A stretch of 64,000 bases of DNA, taken from contig NIVC01000428.1 in the NCBI GenBank assembly GCA_002269645.1, positions 237,638 to 301,637 on the forward strand. The letters run 5' to 3'. Of this stretch, positions 24,626-36,300 are shown piece after piece. Origin of the DNA: Macrostomum lignano. Its lineage: Eukaryota. Both the position numbers and the translations under genes were made by a program. A model generated the notes under the pieces. It had not been told where the DNA came from. It saw only the letters and a list, made by a program, of their open reading frames with translations, and did not search any database. The first letter of the stretch is position 1; each line of letters starts with the position of its first letter.

Positions 24626-24925
24626 GCCCGATTGTAGAATTTTTTTATGTATATTAGCATCGAATTGTCTGGCAAAGGTCAAGCTACATTATCTTTTATC
24701 TTTGCCTCTAAAGCCGCTTATCAAAGATTTTACCGGTGCTGAAAGTCAGAATTGCCTGAACTTCTGTTCACGGCAGCTGCTCAATACGGAGCAGGATTCT
24801 TGAGCTGTCAATCAATCAGGCGAATTCGACAAACTCCCCGAGGCCTCCGGATGACATCCAGCAGCCGCCGGCATCGTCGCCATCGTCTGCCGAGGCGGCC
24901 AGCTGCTGCAGCTGCAGCGCGGAGC

Positions 24926-25756
24926 TCATCCGCCGGCCACCGCTGCCACCGCCGGCGCCGGCGACAACCGCAGCGGCGCCAGACGCCGAGCCGGGCGCCG
25001 AGCGCTGCCGCATGAACGCCAGGCGGGCCGCGGGTCGCCCGGGCCGAGGCCGAACGCCGAGCAGCGCCGGCCGCCGCCCAGCAGGGGGCCGTTGACGTTC
25101 AGCGGCGCCCGACGCGGTGTTGTCGGCGGCGAAGACGACGCCGCTGCCGTTTCGTCCGAGGCCGACGCCGCTGCTGCGGCGGCCACCGCGGCCAGCCGGA
25201 AGCTCCGCTTGGCCATCGCGGCCACCGACGCCGACGCCTCCGGGCGCTCCTTCCGCGGCGACTTTTTCCCCGTTGACGGCGACGAGAGAGACGAGGCTGC
25301 CTTGGTGCCGACGGCGGCGGCGGTGGGCGGAGAGCCGAGCAGCTGGCCGAGGCAGCAGCGGTTGGTGCACAGGCCGAAGGCGGCGCACAGCAGCAGGGTG
25401 CCGGCGGTCAGGGCGGCGCGGGAGCCGCTGCGGAAGCCTCCGATCAGCAGGACGGCGGAGGCGGCCAGGGCGGCCAGGGCGACCGCATAGTACACCGCGG
25501 AGGCGGCCGCCCGCAGGCGGTGACACCGGAGGCCGAGCCGCTGGGCCGCCTCCGGTTTGGCACCGCAGCCGCACTCGCCGCCGTCCATCAGCGAAGACTC
25601 GTTTGGCGTCTGCGGAGATGCAGGCGATGGAGGCGTCGGTGGCGTCGGTGGAGGCGAAGGCGACGATGGAGGAGGCGCCGGTTGCGGCCGCGGATTCGGC
25701 GGAGGCGACGGTGGCGGCGACGGTGGCGGCTCCTCGGCGATGGCAGTCAGGCTCAT
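24926..25756 (-). CDS. Uncharacterised two-TM protein with a Pro-rich N-terminus (C-terminus may run to 24816 through a frameshift)
   Basis: gcgATG start; very GC-rich ORF; two hydrophobic segments, AVYYAVALAALAASAVLLIGGF and ALTAGTLLLCAAFGLC. Confidence 0.6.
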   Translation of the reverse strand: MSLTAIAEEPPPSPPPSPPPNPRPQPAPPPSSPSPPPTPPTPPSPASPQTPNESSLMDGGECGCGAKPEAAQRLGLRCHRLRAAASAVYYAVALAALAASAVLLIGGFRSGSRAALTAGTLLLCAAFGLCTNRCCLGQLLGSPPTAAAVGTKAASSLSSPSTGKKSPRKERPEASASVAAMAKRSFRLAAVAAAAAASASDETAAASSSPPTTPRRAPLNVNGPLLGGGRRCSAFGLGPGDPRPAWRSCGSARRPARRLAPLRLSPAPAVAAVAGG

Positions 25757-26549
25757 CGCGTGCGCGTGTCCGCAATGCTGTCTGGTTGAATGATTTGCTA
25801 AATTATCCTGGCTAGCGCCGCTGTTTTGGCTTCAGATTTTCTAGTTTCAAACCTGCAACAGGAGACTAAAGTAGCTGCCGGTGGGACAGCCGCCGAACCT
25901 GTTTAAGTCGCGTCTTCCGACTTCTACAGGCGCTTCGTTAGCAACTCTGCGCTGCCCCTAATTAAGCTTTACGAGCGTATACAGCCGTTCGGCCGGCAAC
26001 CCAAGAAATGAATGCCCCTCGACCAGGTGTTTTAGAAGGAATCCGATGTTTACCACTTTTCTCGCGTCCAGAAGAAAGGTACACGCTGCGCGCCAATGCA
26101 GAGCCTAAAAGCCAAGGCCTGACGGGATGCACTGACTGTGAATGAGGTGGGGGTGGGGGGGGGAAACAGACCAGGGGGATCGAAACCGTAATATTGGCGG
26201 TGCGCAGGTGCCAGGGCATGGATTTTGCATCAGTATATTATACCGCCAATAGTGCTTATACACTAGAAATTTTAATATTGTATGTCATGTTCTCAATGCA
26301 CTACTTCTAAGCTATCGGTGAACAGTAGTCTGTATTTTAATTTTTTAGATAATGAAAATGTTGAAAAAATGTATTTAACATTGCTTTCGCGTCTACAAAA
26401 TCAATCCATTTTTTTACAAATTAGAGCACAATTTTATTGCATTTGGAGAAGACATGTGACGCATTTACAAATAGTTACAGTTTGGAAACAAAAATACAAG
26501 TGCGAAATAAAATTATTATTATAATAAAACTATAATTTTCCACAGGCAC

Positions 26550-27238
26550 TTATTTTGGCGCCGCAAGCTACTCATTTTGGTGCCCCAAAAAAATTTTGGG
26601 ACCAGACACTCATTTTGGCGCCACAGGCCACTCATTTTGGCGCCACAGGCCACTAATTTTGGCGCCACATGCCACTCATTTTGGCGCCACATGCCACTCA
26701 TTTTGGCGCCACAGGCCACTAATTTTGGCGCCACAGGCCACTAATTTTGGCGCCACAGGCCACTCATTTTGGCGCCACAGGCCACTCATTTTGGCGCCAC
26801 AGGCCACTCATTTTGGCGCCACAGGCCACTCATTTTGGCGCCACAGGCCACTCATTTTGGCGCCACAGGCACTCATTTTGGCACTGCAGGCCACAGCTCA
26901 TTTTGGCGCCACAGGCCACTCATTTTGGCGCCACAGGCACTCATTTTGGCACTGCAGGCCACTCATTTTGGCGCCACAGGCCACTCATTTTGGCGCCACA
27001 GGCCACTCATTTTGGCGCCACAGGCCACTCATTTTGGCGCCACAGGCCACTCATTTTGGCGCCACAGGCCACTCATTTTGGCGCCACAGGCACTCATTTT
27101 GGCACTGCAGGCCACTCATTTTGGCGCCGCGGGCCACTCATTTTGGCGCCACAGGCCACTCATTTTGGCGCCACAGGCACTCATTTTGGCACTGCAGGCC
27201 ACTCATTTTGGCGCCGCGGGCCACTCATTTTGGCGCCC
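26550..27238. repeat. Minisatellite, 21-22 bp unit CACTCATTTTGGCGCCACAGGC
   Basis: About 30 copies, most containing TTTTGGCGCC. Confidence 0.95.
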
Positions 27239-27366
27239 TGAAGCAAAATTCTGATTTCCTAACGCGTCACAAGGTGGAGGCCCTCCTGAGCATACTTATA
27301 CCAATGAGCAAAACAGCACCCCAAATCACAAACATGTAGTTACAGTACAGGGAGAGCTCCCGCGGT

Positions 27367-27690
27367 CTAAACGGCGGTGCCAGCCGCGGACCCGTGCGTG
27401 TAGAAAATCGCCGAGTCGCCTCTGCCAGTTTCGCCGTAATAATCAAACCGGACTGGTCTGGCCGCGGACGGCGCCACGGCGATGAGATCGGCGCTGCCGC
27501 CCAGCTCCCCCTGCTGCATCATGGCCGAGTTCACGTAGGCCCCAGCGATGGCACTCCGAACCGCATGCGATTTTCCGAGTTTCTCCTCACGCCGACGCTG
27601 CAACCGGCGCTTGTAGCAGAGATAGCAGCTGACCAGGCAGCCAGCTGCCAGCACAGCCAGAATGATGGCCAGAACAACCCACTGCTCCAT
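27367..27690 (-). CDS. Small single-pass membrane protein (107 aa)
   Basis: gccaccacaATG context; N-terminal TM WVVLAIILAVLAAGCLVSCYLCY; basic stop-transfer KRRLQRRR; Tyr-containing tail. Confidence 0.7.
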   Translation of the reverse strand: MEQWVVLAIILAVLAAGCLVSCYLCYKRRLQRRREEKLGKSHAVRSAIAGAYVNSAMMQQGELGGSADLIAVAPSAARPVRFDYYGETGRGDSAIFYTHGSAAGTAV

Positions 27691-28089
27691 TGTGGTGGCT
27701 AAATTGGCTCACTTTATAGATTGTCAACAAAGCAGTTCTACCCGCATTCGCTTATATTCGCTTTTAGCGGCTTATCTGGACGGCAACTGTTATCTTCAGT
27801 ATGGGCTATATGAGCTCAGTGAGCTGAATCACTCCCTAAGGCCAAGGAGATCTTAAACGACAACTCTGGAGTTAGTAACTCTCATTTTCAAATACAATAG
27901 CTCGAATTGCATGATTTTACATGCGAACTTCGAAGTTTATTTCTTTAGCACAAAATTATTAACTAATAAAACTGTTCTGTCACTTTTGTGTCCAGTTGCG
28001 CGTGTATCGTGGGGCGCTGCGAATATGAAGATGTTGAAAAGAAAAAAAGCATTGTGTCCTCAGTTTCCAGCTTCTCAGCCGAAGCAGCT

Positions 28090-28390
28090 CCCCGCCCCTA
28101 CGGCAGTTCAGCAACTCACCCCACGGCAGCTCAGCAACCCCCGCAGCAGTTCAGCAACCTCTCCTACGGGCTACGGCAGCTCAGCAACCCCCGCAGCAGC
28201 TCAGCAACCTCTCCTACGGACTACGGCAGCTCAGCAACCCCCGCAGCAGCTCAGCAACTCACACTACGGCAGCTCAGCAACCCCCGCAGCAGTTCAGCAA
28301 CCTCTCCTACGGCAGCTCAGCAACCCCCGCAGCAGCTCAGCAACTCACACTACGGCAGCTCAGCAACCCCCGCAGCAGCTCAGCAACCCG
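28090..28390. repeat. Compound tandem repeat built from GCAGCTCAGCAAC units
   Basis: Read directly; ends at a poly-C run. Confidence 0.85.
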
Positions 28391-28971
28391 CCCCCCCCCC
28401 GAGGCTTGACTTTAACCTAACCGCAAGCCAAACTCTCCCCTTAACTATTGGTGGTCTCAGAGACCGCCTGCTCTCTGAGTAGCTTAAAAATGGTGTCTGA
28501 AAGTAAACTGGTTGCGTGAAAAGTTGCTACTCCAGAATAGCCCTTCGAGATCTCCTTGGCCTGTCAGTGAGTAAGTAGGGGTTTCTGAGCACAGAAGTAC
28601 GGCCGTAGAGTACGAAGTTTTCTGCTTTTTGTTTATAATGACTCAAAATTTAGCAATCGTACTTAATAACAAATAATACGAAAAAAAACATTTAATATCT
28701 ATCTTACTTTCCCCATTTAATTTGATAAGGCTTTGTACAAATAAATGACTAATTTTATGCAGCAAATCATTTTTGACCTGCAGTACCGGACTACTAAATA
28801 CTTGTTTATTTATGCAAATACATCGGGAAAATTAGCATCAACTACTGATATCGATCAGTAGTGTAGCAGTCAGTAGCAAATCGTACTACTTATAGACATA
28901 AAAAGGTGAAAAATGCCAATTGAAATAAACGCAAAGCGCTAGGACCGCGTATAGACGGAGAGATGAAGAGC

Positions 28972-29226
28972 TCAGCGAATTTTATCAAAGATGGCCAGGC
29001 TGGAGGCTCCGCCGCCCTGCTGGCTGTCACCGACGCCGCTGCCGCCGCCAGCTGCCAGCGACAGCACCTTGATCCGGCGCAGGTGGGTGTCGCGGCCGTT
29101 CTGGTGGTTGGCCAGCACCACCAGCTGCAGGATGAAGGCCCGGCGCGGCCGGCCGCCGCTCCGCAGGTCGATGACCACCCAGCCTGAGGGCTCGAGCAGC
29201 TCAACGGACTCCACCTCTTCCAGGTC
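28972..29226 (-). CDS. ANAPC10: Anaphase-promoting complex subunit 10 (APC10/DOC1), exon 2
   Basis: ccgcag acceptor; ELLEPSGW, LQLVVLANHQNGRDTHLRRIKV. Confidence 0.95.
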   Translation of the reverse strand, partial: DLEEVESVELLEPSGWVVIDLRSGGRPRRAFILQLVVLANHQNGRDTHLRRIKVLSLAAGGGSGVGDSQQGGGASSLAIFDKIR

Positions 29227-29299
29227 CTGCGGCGTGGGTTAAGGTGAGTGATGGGTCTCTGGATTGTCAGGGAAGCCGAAGATTGGAGCTAACTTGACC

Positions 29300-30050
29300 G
29301 GTGGCCCAGCAACTGAGGATCTGGGAGATTGGCGGTGGCCCCAGCAACTGAGGATCTGGGAGGCTGGCGGTGCCCCCAGAAACTGAGGGTCTGGGAGGCT
29401 GGCGGTGGCCCAGCAACTGAGGATCTGGGAGGCTGGCGGTGCCCCCAGAAACTGAGGGTCTGGGAGGCTGGCGGTGGTCCAGCAACTGAGGATCTGGGAG
29501 GCTGGAGGTGGTCCAGCAACTGAGGATCTGGGAGGCTGGCCCAGCAACTGAGGATCTTGGAGGCTGGCGGTGCCCCCAGCAACTGAGGATCTGGGAGGCT
29601 GGCGGTGGCCCAGCAACTGAGGATCTGGGAGGCTGGCGGTGGCCCAGCAACTGAGGATCTGGGAGGCTGGCGGTGCCCCCAGAAACTGAGGGTCTGGGAG
29701 GCTGGCGGTGGCCCAGCAACTGAGGATCTGGGAGGTTGGCGGTGGCCCAGCAACTGAGGATCTGGGAGGCTGGCGGTGCCCCAGAAACTGAGGGTCTGGG
29801 AGGCTGGCGGTGGCCCAGCAACTGAGGATCTGGGAGGCTGGCGGTGCCCCCAGAAACTGAGGGTCTGGGAGGCTGGCGGTGCCCCCAGAAACTGAGGGTC
29901 TGGGAGGCTGGCGGTGGCCCAGCAACTGAGGATCTGGGAGGCTGGCGGTGGCCCAGCAACTGAGGATCTGGGAGGCTGGCGGTGCCCCCAGAAACTGAGG
30001 GTCTGGGAGGCTGGCGGTGGCCCAGCAACTGAGGATCTGGGAGGCTGGCT
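29300..30050. repeat. Intronic minisatellite, 34-35 bp unit CCCAGCAACTGAGGATCTGGGAGGCTGGCGGTGG
   Basis: About 21 copies filling the APC10 intron. Confidence 0.95.
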
Positions 30051-30076
30051 GAGGAAATGCGGAAACAGGAGCGCAC

Positions 30077-30379
30077 CTGGAAGTGGTTGCCAGCCTTCAC
30101 AGCCAGCTTGCTGGGAGTGTAGGACTCGTCCTGCTTGAAGTCAACATAAACGCACAGAGAGCAGACGGCCGTCTTCCTGCGGAACTGAATGTTCACCAGG
30201 TGAGGCTGCGGCCCGTCAGACTGCCAGTAGGTGGCCAGCGAGTCGCTCATGAGGTTCTGCACTCCATAACCGGGCTTGCAGGAGGACAGCCACCAGATGG
30301 CCTGGTCGGACACATCCCGCAGGCGGCCCTCCTTCTCATCCCGCTGGGTGTCATAGTCTGGCTGTGCCTTTAGCTTCAT
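30077..30379 (-). CDS. ANAPC10: Anaphase-promoting complex subunit 10 (APC10/DOC1), exon 1
   Basis: AIWWLSSCKPGYGV, TYWQSDGPQPHLVNIQFRRKT, DFKQDESYTPSK; CAG|gtgcgc donor. Confidence 0.95.
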
Positions 30380-30849
30380 TAAAATTTTTTTATTGATTTC
30401 TCTGAAACTAAGATAGTGTAGGAGTGCTACACTGTCTACTTATAAGTAGAGAAAGGGGTTTAAAGAAAACTTTTGAATGAAAAAAATATTAGTTCAATAT
30501 ATGCACATGTAAACTTTTATCAATAGGTAAATTTTGTCTATCTTATGATCACAAAAGATTTAACGGGTCTACGACGTTTGCCTGCCGGACGTTTGCCAGC
30601 CGACGTTTGCCAGCCGGACATTTGCAGGCGGCAATCGGTTAAAGAAGTATGCAATCTGTAGGCTTACATGTACTTGAATTTGAAAACTACTGTTCAGGCA
30701 ATCAGGCTTATTGTTGAAGCAATTGCTCTTGTCTGCCTAAATAGGAAGGTAAAAATACAAAATAGGAGTTTCCATTGTCATTCAATTCTGACACTGGGTT
30801 ACAAAACAGTGCCTTTGTCTCGCTGTCTATGGAACAAAACTTGCATATG

Positions 30850-32650
30850 TGCATCCAAAACTGACTATAGCTCTGATGAAGCTTGATGAAGACACCAGCC
30901 TTGCCTTTGAATTGTGGGCCACCTCCAACCACCTAGGCCCAACTCTACATGGTGTTGGGGCGCCACTGGCAAAGTGGTGCACAAAAGCTAGACCCCATCA
31001 ACGATCTAGGCTCTCATCATCTTCCTATCACCTTTGCCATCCAAGTTAGCAAGTGTCAGAGGGCTTCCCACAGCCCCTTTCAGTCGGCCTTCAAAAAGGC
31101 AGACTGGGCAAGCTTCTGCTCAGAGCTCTAACTCTTGCAAATGCTTTGCACAATCTGCAAATAGCACCAATCAGGCCTACAACAATCTCTGCAAAGATAT
31201 CCTGCACAACCACATTGTACACCATCCTGAGGGGCTGCTGCCACAACGCTGCCAAGTTCTGGAACAACGACTGCAATGCTGCTCAAGAGGCCTGCCAAAC
31301 TGCTTGTAGTCTAGTTGAACTCAATGCCATGGAGCAGAACATCTCCTTTTTCCAACAGACCTACCTTTAAGTTTTTGCAATTCAAGATCACTTGTTAGGT
31401 TGTACAGCATGTTTTGACAATGATCCTATGCAGATGTTCAATGTTAGATAGATGTAAAAAAGATTTTAAAATAAGAATTATTGAAGCTTCATAGCTTGTA
31501 CATCAAAGTTAATAAGCATAGTTTAAATGTACAGCTTGCTAGCAGTGGGGTACATGGAGTACCAACTCAGAGTACTGTGAGTGGTCACTGGAGGGTGACT
31601 CTCTTCTCAATGTACTCTATTTTATTGACTGGACTAAAATCATTCTGTCTACTGTTTTGTTTAGTTCTGATTATAAATATATGGTTGTTGAGGTTGTTTG
31701 TTGCAGCGTGCCCTAAAGAGGATGGTTTGCTTTGAAACATGTTGGCACTAAGCATGTTTAGTTTGGCATTCCCTTTTTACAAGTGTATTATTCATTAAAT
31801 GAGTAAGTTTTCCACAAGGCCTACCACTGCCTCTGCAACACCATTATCCTGGCAAAGCAGCAGCATAAGGAAGACACCTGCATCAACCTTGACATCAACT
31901 CTGACTTTTTTGCCTGGCCCACAATGTCTGTGGCAATGCCCTGCCAGGCCACCCACTATCAGCCATACCTAGGAATCCGGCCTCAATCTCCTTGCCACCT
32001 ATCACTGTTTTACTGACTGTGCCCACATAATCCAGCTAGCCTTAGAAACCAAGGCATCATGGTGCAACCATTGGAAGGTACTTATCAGCTACAAAAATGT
32101 GAGTATATGACATTCACTCATATAGCAAGGTGTGCCTCCAATTTACCATCAGCAGCCATGACATTGCCTTCAACCTGCATCCCCATTTGCTTGGTATCAC
32201 TCTCAATGGTGAGTTCAATTTTGCCAAACATGGCACTGAGGTCTACCAGCGGATGGCCTAACTCTGTAGTACCATCAAAACCCTAGCCTATTGCAACATA
32301 GGTGCCCACTTTAAAGTCCTCCACATGGCCTACATTGCCACTATCCATGCCTGTGCTGACTATAGCAGCGTTAGCTGGGTCAATGGGGCCTCACCTAGTA
32401 CCTAATGTATTGTCACCATAGAACATTGCCAACCTCTTTGAGTGCTCTTCAACCTACCTCTTTGCCAACTACAATCTAACTGCAATCAACAAGAGAATGT
32501 CACCATCAATCAACTCTATGCTAGAGCCAGCACCTTGTGTGGAACCATTCGCCACTGCCTTGGCATGCAGGATCACAACTCTTGCACAGACTGTGGCACC
32601 CCCAACTTGGTAAACCACATCTTCTACTATTACCCAAGAACATCTTAAGT
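30850..32650 (+). mobile_element. Degenerate non-LTR retrotransposon (LINE) relic
   Basis: APE-endonuclease C-terminus-like DLGSHHLPI...FKKADWASF near 31000-31130, YLGI near 31965, decayed CxxC..H knuckle near 32580-32640; many stops. Confidence 0.55.
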
Positions 32651-33330
32651 AGAAGGACGTTACACTCAGCTTTCATGGAAATTTTTACATGGCCAATTTT
32701 CACCATAAAATGCATTGGCAAGATAGGAAATTTTCACATTTTTCATCCTAAATTAACTGCTGTGCTTGATTGCAGCCTTGCCTTAAAAAGTCCCATCAAT
32801 ATGTGAACACAAAAATCATATTGTATTACTTTTTAATTCAACTGGGTCCATGCCATTTGTATTTAAGCTCTTTTATGACTTTTTTCAGTAAAAATTAATT
32901 AGAAAAGTTTACTCTTTTTGTAATGATAGACAAAGAGAAGGGAGCCACCAAAACAGTTTTTTCTTTCACTAATATACTTAAAATGAATACAAAGAGGCAT
33001 GGCAGAGGCAGAGGCATAATATTTGTTTTTACTCTTATTGCGAATATTAGCTTTAAGTATTAGTCTTATCTTGGCTAGGAATATGAATAGCTATGACTAT
33101 ATTGACTAGGTAGGTTAAGTATACTTACCTACTTATTTTTTACATTTTTCATAAACCTAATTCTAGCTAGTGTTCATGCCATTGAAGTGCTGCATTCCTG
33201 ACTGCAAAGGAAACTACATTTTATGAGTGTATTTATTATTATCATATACATTATTATTTTTGTTCTATTATTACTTAGGTTATTGCCCTAAAACTGTTAT
33301 CTATTAAAAGAAACATTTGTTTAAATTTGT

Positions 33331-36300
33331 CATAAACCTAATTCTAGCTAGTGTTCATGCCATTGAAGTGCTGCATTCTTGGCTGCAAAGGAAACTACCT
33401 TACTGGGCCTAAAGTTACTGTTTATAGTTTCTTAAAGTCTACAGCTGACTATGAAGCATGGAAAAAAGCCTTGCCTACCACAGTTGAGGTAGATATTTTT
33501 TGTGCATTAAAACCTTTCCATGCTTGTTCTTTACATTATAATGTCAATATTATGCTTATTTTCCACAGAGTATAACAAACTTGACAAGGATTTATGTCAA
33601 GCATTGGCCTAAAAATGCAAGGATAGTGAAGGTGAAGCGCTTTCTACAGCCTGTTGATCCACCAAGTATATTCCCATCTGTTGCACCTAGTACATTGCAT
33701 CAAACTGTTCCAAGTGAGATTTCTGACGTCCCTTTGGCATTAGCCAAAGTAATACTTAGATTAAAAAAGTAATATTTTGATATCATTGAACTTTTCAGGG
33801 AAATTAAGAGATGTGTCCCAATGTTGCATGCTTTTAAATGAGCAAGCTGCAATCCCAGATGAACTAGAAGAGTTTAATGCACATGACTGTATTAGTTTGT
33901 GGCAGATGTTCACTGAGCATGTTAGTAAAATGAACTGCATCTCTACTGATGGATGGCTGGTGCAGCAAGAGTCGGACCATGTGAACCTGCTGAAAGTTAC
34001 TGATCAAACTGCGGATGCCTATGTTTCCATAAGAAGCAACCTATCAGCAGTCACTCACTGATGCAATAAATCATCAGTACACATCATGGATCTGTTGGGT
34101 TTTCAAAACCAACTTGAGCAGTTCAGCCAGTTGAAAGCTGTGCTGAACAGAGTGAAGCATGTACAAGTTGTGCAGTCTGTTGAATTAGACAAGCATTTAG
34201 AGACTTTGCAGGCTGCTTGTGATCTAGTCAACAATCGACAAGCATTTCTATTGAGACAGTTAAAGCTAAGCTTATCAAATACAAATGGAGTCCAATACAT
34301 TTCTGGCAACGTCTTAGCTGCAGCCAATCTCAATTTTAATGGCAGGGCAGTGTGACGGGGGACTTGTGGAAAACTTCATTGTTTTACTATCATTTTTACT
34401 ATCAGTAGACTACTACGTAAGTGTATCATATTTTGTATGAATTCTGTGTACGAGTACATTCATTGAATCGGCTTTTATATGTCGGCAAGTGATGAATTTT
34501 TAACAAATCAATAATTTGCCCAGCGCCCATCGTAACTCTCAGCCAATTACAATTCGCTGTATCATCTATCGTTTTATATTAACTGTTCGTTTTTCGTCGC
34601 TACTCAAAAACAAATAAAAAACTTGGCTAACTAAGCAAGCAAAATATATCAATTCAATTGAATATTGGACTGCGCTATACTTGCATTTTTCTTCGGTCTT
34701 GTTCTGCCAAGGACTGCCAGATTAAATTCGTCACATTTTAATGGAGGGTCCCACCTCGAGATTCGAACCCTGGGTCGAGACGTGCTACTGCTACACAACT
34801 TTCCGATCGGAGGAGGAAGGAGAGATTGAGGCTGAGCGCAGCGACAATGCCCAATTCAGCGCGTTCCTCCCAGTCGTCATTCCCCTATGGATCATTTGTG
34901 CATCTCGAGAATCTAAGTAATACCATAAATTCAGTCTGCCATCGTATCGCTCGACTCGTATTCTGCATCACCGCAGCAAGTGGCTGTGGCCTCAAAAGGG
35001 CCGTTTTACATGACGTTACACCTCACCTGCCTGCGAAACTCACCATATCATCTCTATTCGGCGGCGATCATTCAACATTCAACACTTTCTACATGTTCGT
35101 ACGTCGTTTCGTCGGTACCCACACGACGTGGCAAGCTCCGACCAACTGCGAACTAAAAGGGCCGTTTCAGTCCATCAACTGTACCGGCTACCCCTTCAGA
35201 CCTTACCGTCCCGTCAACTGAAAATCTGCAACAGCTGCTCTACACCAAGGTTGATATTTTGCTTGTAAAAATGTAAATGCTTCAAATAATTATTGCTTGC
35301 ACTGTGAAACTAATGTTTTTAATCCAATATTAAAATACATGTACGCATGTATTGTTATAATTCAGTGAGTTTCATCATTTTCGCCTTTCATGTACATGTC
35401 CCTGTCATCTTGTTCTATTAAAATGTTTTTTCTGTTCCATCTTTTGCTTCTGTCTCCTGTCGATCTAGTTTCCTTTTCCCCAGCAACGGGCCCGTGAGCC
35501 GTACCATTTTTTGCTGCGCGGTCCTCGTCAGCCGGGCGCCCTTGGCGTCGTTCAGAGTTCGTTGCGACCTTCTTTGTGCCTGTCTTTCTCTGCACCTCTG
35601 CGTGCGTTGGCTGGGAGGCATCTGCGACCCACTGGGGTCGCGCCCGTGCGGTCCATCGGGACCGGCCCAGCGGTGAGCCGTCTGTTGGCTGGCGCATTCG
35701 GCGCGTTGTCTGCTGCATTCTGCAGCGTGATGCTATTCGTGCGCTAGTCGTCTCTACTTTTCTTCTCGCGTGCTGTCGCGCTCTCTTGTGTGCTTACTAT
35801 AAATGTTCCTCAGCTCATTTCGTAATCATTGTCTGCATTTTCACTTATGTTATTCAAATAAATATTGACTACATGTATTAGAGTGCAAATATCTTTTCTT
35901 TTAGAGGAAGGCGAGTGTGACGGGGGACTTGTGGAAAACTTCATTGTTTTACTATCATTTTTACTATCAGTAGACTACTACGTAAGTGTATCATATTTTG
36001 TATGAATTCTGTGTACGAGTACATTCATTGAATCGGCTTTTATGTCGGCAAGTGATGAATTTTTAACAAATCAATAATTTGCCCAGCGCCCATCGTAACT
36101 CTCAGCCAATTACAATTCGCTGTATCATCTATCGTTTTATATTAACTGTTCGTTTTTCGTCGCTACTCAAAAACAAATAAAAAACTTGGCTAACTAAGCA
36201 AGCAAAATATATCAATTCAATTGAATATTGGACTGCGCTATACTTGCATTTTTCTTCGGTCTTGTTCTGCCAAGGACTGCCAGATTAAATTCGTCACAGC

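Noticed and set aside
30545-30640. GACGTTTGCCAGCC short repeats as a transposon end
   Set aside because: No matching opposite end or TSD was found.
34742-34770. tRNA gene suggested by the GTTCGAATC complement
   Set aside because: Only the 3' end complement is present, next to an LTR; it is a primer-binding site.
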